Below, piece after piece: positions 5,748 to 15,800 of a stretch of DNA of 25,999 bases. A program made the translations under genes and the position numbers. The notes beneath the pieces were generated by a model. That model was given only the letters and a program-made list of their open reading frames with translations, was not told the origin of the DNA and did not search any database. The stretch's first letter is position 1, and each line of letters starts with the position of its first letter. Source of the stretch: a virus (Duplodnaviria; Caudoviricetes). The stretch is taken from positions 1 through 25,999 of the IMG/VR virus record IMGVR_UViG_3300020381_000791. One strand, written 5' to 3'.

Positions 5748-7658
5748 ATGACTAAAGATGTTAAGGCAGGAAGGCCTAAACGTTCTGACGCAGATTTATT
5801 GTCTGATAGAGCGAAAGTTAAAGCACAAATCTTTGGAGCAAATAATGAAGTTTTTCAATTCGATCAAGATGCCGAAATTTATTTACCTCCACCGCCAGCA
5901 AAAAAAGGTACAAGTCTCTGGAAAGCGTGGGCTATGGAGTCTTTCCTGGAATGTATTAGGTACGGACTTACCTACACCGAAGCTTGTAAACGTATCGGTG
6001 TTACAAGAAAATGGTGGGAAGAAAACTCGCAGCGACATAAGGACTGGGCTGCTGAAGCAAGACAAATTAGATCTGGTGATGCAGTTAAAGATTCCTACCC
6101 TGATTTATCGAATATGTCCTTTTCTGAATTTTGCAAATTATATTTTAACGTTGACTTTGCTCCGCATCAATTTGAAATAGAAAAAAATTTAGCTGATCCT
6201 ACAGGCCGACTTGTTTTAGTATTAGGCCACCCTGAATCTGGAAAGTCCACTTTATCTGCATTGTGGTACCCAGTATATAAAATGTGTCAGAATCCAGACA
6301 TACGTATTGCTTTGGTAACTAAGTCTGGAGAAAAAGCACAAGACTTGCTTGGAAGAATTAAAAGATATTTAACTGATCCGCATTTGTATAAGGACTGCGA
6401 AAGAAATCTAATAGAAGATTTTAATGGATTTAAGTCACAAAAATCTGACGGTTTTGGTTGGTCTAAAGACCAAATAACCATACGACAAAGAGAGTCTGGT
6501 GAGAGAGATCCAACTGTTCAGGCCTTATCAGTAGGTAAGCAGATTTATGGGTCAAGACTTGACTTATTAATTCTTGATGACGCTTTGACATTAGAAAATC
6601 AACAAACTGATGTTAGACGAAGAAGAATTGACGAGTGGTTTACGCAGGAAGCTAGGTCTAGGGCTCAAAGAGGTCAGACCTTAGTTAACGGAACAAGAAT
6701 TCACCCATTAGATAATTATGGACAATGGAAAGATTCTTGGAAAGAACATAAAATATTTAAACACGTATCTATACCTGCAATTTTAGAAGAACATACAGAT
6801 AACGAAAAACCTAATTGGAAAGAGTATTGGTCCTTAGACGGTAAATGGGAAGAAGATGAATCAATTGGTACAGAAGTTTTTATACCTGGGCTTAGAGACA
6901 TACGAGATGAAATATGTTCTAGAGATCCGCTAAGGTGGAAACTTGTGTATCAACAAGAAGATGTTCAAAACGAAGAGGGGATATTTAAACAAGAACTTAT
7001 AGATAATGCTTTAGAACTAGGTGCTTCTAGAAGTATTGGTCAGGTATATCCTGAAGAAATTTTAATACTTGGAATTGATCCTGCTACTACTGGTAGAGCT
7101 GCATCAGTTTTGCTTGCGTACAATCCTGAAACAGGAGTTAGAACAATTGTTGATATTTTTGTGGGATTTAGATTAGGTGCGACTGGCGTACGAAATAAAT
7201 TAATGTATGAGTTTTGGGAAAAATACAAAGACCATAGAGTTGCTTATACAGTTATTGAAACAAACTTTGCTCCTACGATACTTGGAGATGATACTGTAAA
7301 GAATCGTGCTGAGTGGGCAGGAACTCGTATGATTGAGCATAAAACAACTGGTGCTGGTAAAAAACGAGGATCTAAATGGGACGAAGAGTATGGAGTTGGC
7401 GCTATGCAGGCTTTATTTTATAGCGGCCTTATTGCGTTCCCTTCAGCAACAATTTCTGATAAACAAAAGCTTGAGCCTTTGATAGATGATATGCTAGTAT
7501 TTCCTTGGGCGAAACAACAGGACGCTTTGATCGCTTTGTGGATTGCAAATGGAGAGTGTAAGAACTCTTCATTATTTAGTGTTGATTTAACAAAAGTCGT
7601 GTCAAGACGAAATATTCCGCCTATTATAAGAGATAGAATGTTTACAAGGAACAAATGA
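5748..7658 (+). CDS. terL: Terminase large subunit with N-terminal HTH-like extension
   Basis: Q-motif PHQ, Walker A GHPESGKST, Walker B LLILDD, motif III-like NGTR, YQQ and RNase H-like nuclease motif LGIDPA; directly upstream of the portal. Confidence 0.92.
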   Translation: MTKDVKAGRPKRSDADLLSDRAKVKAQIFGANNEVFQFDQDAEIYLPPPPAKKGTSLWKAWAMESFLECIRYGLTYTEACKRIGVTRKWWEENSQRHKDWAAEARQIRSGDAVKDSYPDLSNMSFSEFCKLYFNVDFAPHQFEIEKNLADPTGRLVLVLGHPESGKSTLSALWYPVYKMCQNPDIRIALVTKSGEKAQDLLGRIKRYLTDPHLYKDCERNLIEDFNGFKSQKSDGFGWSKDQITIRQRESGERDPTVQALSVGKQIYGSRLDLLILDDALTLENQQTDVRRRRIDEWFTQEARSRAQRGQTLVNGTRIHPLDNYGQWKDSWKEHKIFKHVSIPAILEEHTDNEKPNWKEYWSLDGKWEEDESIGTEVFIPGLRDIRDEICSRDPLRWKLVYQQEDVQNEEGIFKQELIDNALELGASRSIGQVYPEEILILGIDPATTGRAASVLLAYNPETGVRTIVDIFVGFRLGATGVRNKLMYEFWEKYKDHRVAYTVIETNFAPTILGDDTVKNRAEWAGTRMIEHKTTGAGKKRGSKWDEEYGVGAMQALFYSGLIAFPSATISDKQKLEPLIDDMLVFPWAKQQDALIALWIANGECKNSSLFSVDLTKVVSRRNIPPIIRDRMFTRNK

Positions 7659-9388
7659 GTAATAATTTAAATTTTGGTACACCATTAGAAAATGCAAGTT
7701 CAGCAGGTAGAAATCTTTCTCCTTCTCAAAAATATTGGGATAGAAGAAATCAATTAATAGAAACTCACTCTGAGCATAAAGCTAGAGTAAAAGAAATTAC
7801 TTCCATTGTTAATGGAGAATGGCATATGCTTTGGGCTAATTTAACTGCTACCGCAGAAGCTCCTTCAGTTGCAAATATTATTGAAATGGGCATACATCAT
7901 TGGTCTGCTATCGGTGGTGCCGTTATACCTTCAGTCAGAATTCCTGTTCCTGTTAATGCAGATTTAAAAGGCGGCGAAAGAGCTGCAAGAAAAAGAGAAC
8001 GTAGAGTAAAAGAATTATGGAGTGGCTCAAACATAAATGAGCTAATGGCTCAATGGTGGGGTGATTATGCAGGAGCTGGTGCAGCATATTGTGGCGTATG
8101 GGCAGACTTTTCCGAAGATCCCGCTAAAAGAAATCCATATCTACAAAGGTTAGATCCTAGATATTGTTATCCAATTAAAGATACAAAAGGAAATCTTATT
8201 GAGCTATTAGTTGCTAAAAGAGTATCTACTGATGTTATCTTAAAACAATATCCAGTAGCTAGAGGTGTGTTAGATCCTAGAGTTACCGAAGTAGAAGAAT
8301 GGTTTTGGTTTTTTCCAGACAAATATATTCATATGATTGCTGATGCTTCAAAAACAGGTATGCAAAAAAGAACAGGAATTATCCTAACTGAAGAAAAAAA
8401 CAAGTTAGGTAAAGTGCCTGTTGTTGAAGTTACAGTACCGTCATTTGACGGACAACCAAGAGGAATTTTTGATCAAACAAGACACATACTCAGAACAATG
8501 CACAGGTTAATGACATTAACAATTACAAGTTCAGAAGAAGAAGTCTATCCACCTGTGTTCGAGTATGATGTTATGAATCCAGACGACTTTGGTCCTGGAG
8601 CCGTTATACACGGAAGAAGTCCAGAAGCTCGTATGGAGCGTATGCAATCTAGAAGTCATTTTGACGCAAAAGATTTAATCGGTAGATTAGCTTCTGAAGC
8701 AAGAGCTCAAGCATCTTTCCCTGGACAACTTTCAGGAGATCCAGGTGCAAGTATTGTTTCTGCTGCTGGTATAGACGCTTCTATGGGACAGATTGACGCA
8801 AGACTTGCTTTAGCTCATAAACAATTTGAAACTTTCTTAGAAAAAGGAACAGAAATATTGTTGGCTTTTGATGAGAAGTATTGTGACGGAGAGAAAACAA
8901 TTCACGGAGATGCTGCTGACAAAAAGAAACCAGAAATTTTTATACCTTCAAGAGATATAGCAGGACATTATGAAAATAACGTAAGATACGGTATTGGTGC
9001 AGGAACAGATCCTTCTCAAAGAGAAATGAGACTTGCTATGAACTTAAATCAAAATTTAATTTCAAGAGAAACTGCAAGAGACGAAATGGATTTCTTGGAA
9101 GATCCTACAAGAGAAGAAGTAAGGATTGTGAAACAAAGAGTAACAGACTCATTAATGGAAGGTATTTATCAACAAGCTGCTCAAGGTAATATTGAAATAG
9201 CAGCAGAACTTCTTAACAATATGAGCAAAGAAAGTGTCGATTTAAATGAAGTAGTAAGTAAACTTTTAGAAAATTTGCAACAAGAACAACAAGTTCCAGA
9301 ACAACCTGGTTTACCTCAACAACAAGGAGGATTACCACCTGAAGCTGCGAACTTGCCTTCTCTTGGTGCATTAGGCATAGGAGGATAA
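7655..9388 (+). CDS. Portal (head-tail connector) protein
   Basis: 577 aa, ATGA overlap with terL. RLDPRYCYP and NKLGKVPVV...G motifs are typical of portals; helical content and a Gln/Pro-rich C-terminus resemble podovirus portals. Confidence 0.85.
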   Translation: MSNNLNFGTPLENASSAGRNLSPSQKYWDRRNQLIETHSEHKARVKEITSIVNGEWHMLWANLTATAEAPSVANIIEMGIHHWSAIGGAVIPSVRIPVPVNADLKGGERAARKRERRVKELWSGSNINELMAQWWGDYAGAGAAYCGVWADFSEDPAKRNPYLQRLDPRYCYPIKDTKGNLIELLVAKRVSTDVILKQYPVARGVLDPRVTEVEEWFWFFPDKYIHMIADASKTGMQKRTGIILTEEKNKLGKVPVVEVTVPSFDGQPRGIFDQTRHILRTMHRLMTLTITSSEEEVYPPVFEYDVMNPDDFGPGAVIHGRSPEARMERMQSRSHFDAKDLIGRLASEARAQASFPGQLSGDPGASIVSAAGIDASMGQIDARLALAHKQFETFLEKGTEILLAFDEKYCDGEKTIHGDAADKKKPEIFIPSRDIAGHYENNVRYGIGAGTDPSQREMRLAMNLNQNLISRETARDEMDFLEDPTREEVRIVKQRVTDSLMEGIYQQAAQGNIEIAAELLNNMSKESVDLNEVVSKLLENLQQEQQVPEQPGLPQQQGGLPPEAANLPSLGALGIGG

Positions 9389-9808
9389 ATGAGTGACGGC
9401 ATAAGTCAAATTACTGATTTAGGTGGATTACCTTACGGCGAAAAAGAAAATATGGAAGGTCTAGCATCTGAAAGTGGTGTGTCTCTTGGTATGCAAGGAG
9501 ATACAAGTGTTCCAGGAACACCTGCAAGAATTGCACCTCAACCTCAAGAAAGTTTAAGTATAGGAAATGTATCTGATTATGTAGCTAATGCTGGTAATCA
9601 AGGTGGGTTAGCAAGTGACGGATTGCCTTTTGGTCAAGGTATGGGACCAGAAGCTCCTCAAATAACAGAATTAGATCAGCAAAGAAAAAGTGCATTAGAT
9701 AATGCTCTAGAAATTTATGCTAATACAAAAATCCCAGCAGCAAGAGTTGCCGCCGCCAAAATAATTCAAGGCGTGGTTATATCTCAAATGCAGGGTGACG
9801 ATGAGTGA
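9389..9808 (+). CDS. Hypothetical virion-associated protein (139 aa, Gly/Gln/Pro-rich)
   Basis: GGAGG RBS, abuts the portal stop, contains GLPYGE and GLPFGQGMGP motifs; function not assignable. Confidence 0.65.
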   Translation: MSDGISQITDLGGLPYGEKENMEGLASESGVSLGMQGDTSVPGTPARIAPQPQESLSIGNVSDYVANAGNQGGLASDGLPFGQGMGPEAPQITELDQQRKSALDNALEIYANTKIPAARVAAAKIIQGVVISQMQGDDE

Positions 9809-12800
9809 TTTAGAAAAAAGATTAGAAGAAGATTCAGAATATAAACCAGAGGAACAAGAGTATGACGGTGCATTGTCTTACAACTTACCTACACCAAAAG
9901 ATTTAACAAATTATTATCCTTCTTCTGAAAATGTAAATGTAGAACGATACGAAAAAGCAATTTTAAATACTAATGGAGAAGTTCCTTCATCTTGGGTGTT
10001 AAGTTTAACTCCTGAGCAAATAGATGAACTAAATTCTTATAGTCCAGATTTTGTGAATGAACTTTCTAGTGTAGCAAATTACTATGACGATTTGTTTGAT
10101 GTAGAAAATGATATTCAAGAAACTGCTATGCGAAGAGCTAACAGTAGAGTCAATAGTATAAATTGGGGAGCAGCTTTAGGTGCTGGAGCTGGAATAGTTG
10201 TTCCAGGAGAAAAACCAAAAGATTTACAAGAAGAGTATGACCAAGCTTTAGATGAAGTAAGACAAGAAAAATTAGGAGCTGAACTTTCTTTATTTGAAAC
10301 TTCAGACAAAACTATGGAAAATGTAACTAATGAAAAAATTCCTAATAATGTTCAAGAAGGAGCAATGGGAAATCTTTGGCAAAAAGTTAAGAGTAATTTT
10401 AGCGATAGCTATAGAACAGGAGTTTTTCTAGGAAATGCAATTTTTAGACCTAAATCTCTTAATCCTGCTGATGCTCCTGAAGAATTTAAACCAGAATCAT
10501 TTAGAAATCCTATTTCAACAATAGTACTTGCAGGTAAAGCAACTAGTTGGGCAGGAACAAAAATTTTAAGTTTATTGCCTGGAGTAGATTTTAATGATGA
10601 AGATATTAGTAAAGGTGAGCAAAACAATATTTCAACTGTTGAAGCAGCTAGAGATTTAAGTATTAAAAGATTTAGAGCAGTTTCAGCAGCTAATACTTTT
10701 GAAGCGGCTATGCAGTCTGATCCTTGGCTTGCTAATGAAATACTTAATCTTCCTATTGTGCAAGGTGACGTTATGAAAGCTCAAGCCATTTTTCAAGTTA
10801 TGACTGAAGCAAACAATCCTGAATTTATGGACGCAAACAATCAGTACGTAGAAGCGGTATATGATGCAACAAATGATCAAATTAAAAAAATTGTATCAGG
10901 AGAAGATACCGTAGGTGAAGCTTTAGTCAATGGATTAGGTTGGTATAGCAAACACATTGTAGGAGGTTTTTCTACTGGAGTTTTTCTTTTATCTACTGAA
11001 GACGGTAGACAAATGGCTAATGAATTTGGTTTAAGAGATGCAGTTAAAAAAATGGATTACAAACCTTCAGAAGTTCTTGGTTATAGCGATACCTTTACAG
11101 GAAATATGATTGACTTAGCAACACAGTTTGGATTTGATCCGACTATATGGTTGTTTACTCCTGCTACTGGAATTAGAGGTGGAGCAGTAACACAATTTGC
11201 TAAAGCAAAATATGTTAAGGGTTTTATGAGTACTGGAATAGGAAAACAATTTGCAGATGATTTATATAAAGTTTTAAGAGACGGAAGTAAATTACAAAAA
11301 CAAACATTACTTAGAAATTTTGGTGACAGGAATCAAGCTAGATTAAGAAACATTGTTAAGGACGATGTTGCTAGAGGTGCTTCTGAAACAACAAGTGAGC
11401 GTTTTTATAAAATATATACAGACTCTTTGTTAATGGGAGATAATCCGTATGTATTTCATAAAACTGCTTGGAATAGACTTAAATCTCAAAGAACTGCAAA
11501 GATTATAGAGAAAGCTTCTGAGGGAGACGGTAAATCAATAAAAGCTTTTGCAAAACTTTTAACAAGTAAAAATATTTCAACCAAAGTAAATTTAGCAGGT
11601 CCAAATCCTAAACGTTCAATTATGGAAGCTATTGAATCTATGATTCACGGAACTAAGTTACCTGAAGAAGATATTGTAAATATTTTAAATGGTTTAGAAA
11701 ATAATCTAGATGAATTGTTTGAAGCTACTTTAGGTGGAGGAACAAATTTTGCTGGAGATGCTATTGCAGCAGCAAGACTTTCAATAATAAATCAATCTGA
11801 TCTAATTAATTATTTTGAAATGGCTTTAGGAAGAAGACCTAGAAACATAATTAAAAATTTAGATAATAATACTACTGCCTCTGGTCAAAGCATTAGAAAT
11901 TTAGAATTAGATGAGATTGGTGAAGGTGTTAAAAATCTTGATATGCCTGTGTTTAGTTTTAAAGGAATAAGTGAAATTATTAAAAAAGCAGAAAAAAAAT
12001 TAAAAACATTAAATAAAAATAATGCTGCTCAAGAACTTATTGATAAACAAGTTGCTTACATAGCAAGATTAAAAGAACAAAGAAAAGCTGGAATTGTAAA
12101 ACCTGTCAAAGGAACTAAACAAGGAGAGTTGCAAACTTACGATAGATTTGATGTAGACAGTATTTTTAATCAAGATGATTTTTGGAGAGGTAGTGCTAAC
12201 AAAGAATATATGCAGCAATTACTAGATGATGCAAATGAACTAGCTGGACTTGTTCCTGGATCTAAAGAATCTGTTAAAGCATCAGCTCAGTTCAATAAAT
12301 TATTAGATGATTTTTATGTTCAATTAGATGATGTTTTAAGTGGAGCTGCAAAAGGTAGAGACTTTAATGCAGTAAGTGCTTTGATTCAAAAAACACATTA
12401 TCAACTTATGAACAAATTAGATAATTTAATGATGGATTATGACAAATTATTAAATACGTCAGTTAGAAGTTTACAACAAAACGCTATGTTAGATTCCTTA
12501 AACAATCTTGTTGTGAAACTTGGTTGGCATAATTACAAAAGATTTAAAGGTGGTTGGTACGAGTTAGTAAGTGTCGGAGATAAAATGTACGATCAAGCTA
12601 AAGCAGTTGCTAAAGGTGCTCAGAAAAAAGATAAAGCAGCAGTTCTTAAAGATCACCCAAATGCAGTTTGGGTAGAAAATCCAATTAAAATTACACGAAA
12701 TAAAAAAGGCGATATTACAAGAATAGATATCGATTGGGCAACTCTTAAAATAATGATGAATTATAGAGATGAGGTTGGTGCAGCTTCAGCAGTTTTAAGA

Positions 12801-15800
12801 GGTCAATCTAAAATTTTTGATAGACCGCAAGGTTCAAGATTTATGTACAACGAAACAGAAGAAGCTTTTATGGCTGCTGGAAGAAAGTATGATGATCAAT
12901 TAGTTCGTGATCTTAAAAAGAATTTTAAATTACCAAAAGATTTACCTGATGAAGAAGTAATAGCTTATGTGGAACAAGTTAGAGATTTAAAGAGAACTAC
13001 TAATCAAGTTGTTGAAGGAGAGCTACCAATTAGTCCTTTAGAATTTGCTCTTATCAATTCAGCAGTTGAAGGAAAAAATGTTACTAATGTGTTTAGACAA
13101 TTAAACGCAAAAGGTTGGTATCAAAGAGCAGAGCAATTTCAAAGAGCTTGGTCTTTTGAAAAAGTTATGAGACCTGGTACTGCTTTCGTTGCAGCTTTTG
13201 ACGAATTATTTTTTTACAAATCTATATTTGGTTGGAAAGGAACAGGTAAAGATTATATCTTTAACAGAGGTGTAAGAAAAACACTTAGAGAAATTAAAAA
13301 ACGTGGTGGTATCAACAAAGCTATGAATGATCCAGCATTAGCAGATGAAATAAACAAATGGGTTTATGAAGCTTTAGAAAGACAACAAAAATTACCAATA
13401 GAAGTTGCACAGAGGTATAAAATTGGTTTTGATAAAAATGCCCCTGTGGAATTGCTATCTAATACAGATGCAGGATTTTTTCAATTTGCCCAGCAACATA
13501 TAGACGGATTGCTTAAAGATTATGGTTTTCAGCAATATGCTCAAATAATTGACAAACTTAGAAAATTAAAACCAAGTAAAGATTTAACTCAAAAACAAAT
13601 AGATGATATGTTTCTTAAGGGCGAAGAAGATTGGGCCAAATGGTTTTCATCATCAGATGCAGATTATATTAAAGGATTAAAACTTTACGGCTACAAACAA
13701 GGAGGAGGCCCTATAAGTTCTGTGTATGTAAGTTTAGGAAAGAAAGCGGTACCTCATCAACATTATTTAACTAATTCAGAAGAAGCTTGGAAGTATTATG
13801 AATCTCTTAAAAAATGGTACACAATGGGAGTTCCTGCTAAACACGTAGACGATGTTTGGAATTCTTTTATTAAATCAGCTTTAGAAAGAACTAAAAAAGG
13901 TGGAAATGTAAATGCTTTACCAGATCAAAAATGGATAGGGAGAATTAAAGTTCCTGGAGTCAAGAAACAAAATGGTTGGTTAGGTCAAAAAAATCCTCTT
14001 ATGGCTAGAGACTCTACTTTAATGGAGCAAATGTTTGGTAATCCTGCTTGGAATAGGGCAAACTTGTTTGCTAATAAAGCTCACGCAACTAGAGTTGCAC
14101 AATTAGAATCTTTATTTAAATCTCAAGGAAAACAGATTATTAGAGCAGAAGACATAGGTAGTGGATTTGGTATTGCTACTGATGCAGTAGATCCTAGATT
14201 TATGTCAGATGCGTGGGGTATGTCTTATTTTGATGATCAATTATTTAATGCTGGATATGTTACTGATAACTATATAAATGCTTTAGCTGCTGATTATGCA
14301 ACAAGTGAAATAGATGATCTAATGTTAAAGTTTCATTTGTCTACACCAATAGGTAGAGATTTTAGATTTTTAGCTCCTTTCGGTGGTCCTTGGGCTGACT
14401 TCTGGGGAAGATACTTAAAAGATTTATCTAGACGTAGCCAACTTAGAGGTAACTGGTGGGCGTTTACAGATGAAAAAACTGCTGGTAATTTTGCAAAAAA
14501 ACGTATAGCAGACGTGTTAAATCATCTTCCTAATATGAGAAGATTTAGCTATATGTCTAGGGTTGCTAATGCAGATTTAGCTGGAACTGCTGCTAATCCA
14601 TTTCACTCATTTGGACTTGGAGAAGAACGTATGCAATATGACTTTTCTCCAGTAACTTTCTTGCCTAATGGAGACAGTCCAATGTTTGCAGTTAATCCAA
14701 TTGGAGGTTTTATTCCATTGATACTAATAGGTACTGCTATGAACACATTAGACGATGACGCTTACTTTGAGTTACAAGATACCATAGAAGATTTATTTCC
14801 AGCTACTAATTTTTTTCCTCCAGAAGAAAAATGGAAGAATGACGGCTTAGGAACTCTTGGGAGTTATCTTGCTGGCGGCGGTGTTTTAAATCAAACAATG
14901 AGATCATTAGATTTTGTGCAAGAAGCTTTAGGTATGCACGAAGCTCCTCAATCAATAGGAGATGTTTCTACTCAATTAAAATACGGAAGAACAGAAAACA
15001 ACTACTTTCATAACAATACAAATATTGTTTTAAATATGGAAACTAATTGGGAGACAATTGGAGATTTTCAAGAATATGTAAATACAGTTGCTAAAGATGC
15101 TAGAAATAATGCTGCTATGTCTGCTGGTGCTCAAGGAGTAGTTAGGTTAGGCGTTCCTGTAAATGTTAAATTTACAACAAGATATACAGATGTTGCAGAT
15201 AACTGGATTGATTTTAGTAAAGCAACAGGAGTTTTTGAAGATGTTGTGAGACCAGCAACAAGAAAACTTTTAAAAGATAATCCTTATAACGAAGATAACA
15301 AAGTACAAGCATTAAATGACATAAGAAGATGGTGGTTTAATTTAGGAGATACTACTGAAGGTAGAGCAAAACAATTAGTTTTATCTAAGAAACACCCTCA
15401 AATTTATTCATTGACTATTCCTGGCTATACAGTAACAGAGTTAGGAGCAAGAATACTTCCTAAAAGAGAAGGAAAAATTTATAGTGAAGGAGATGTCTTT
15501 AGAACTGGAACACAAGATAATTCAAGTCAGTATGCTGATTATTTATCAGAAGGATTAATACAAGTTAGATTACCTGATGAAAAAGTAAAACATATAATTC
15601 ACGAAAACGCAGCTTGGGTAGTAGATGCAGTTCCAGTAGTTTATGATCGTATGGCTGAAATTCTTAATGAACCAGAAGTACAAGCAGCAGAAGCTATGGC
15701 TTTTGGTGGAAGGACTGCCGCAGAAATATTGTCTAATGCTGATATGAGAGAGATATATGGAATATCTCTTGCTTCTTCAGATGTTAAAAATATAGAAGAT

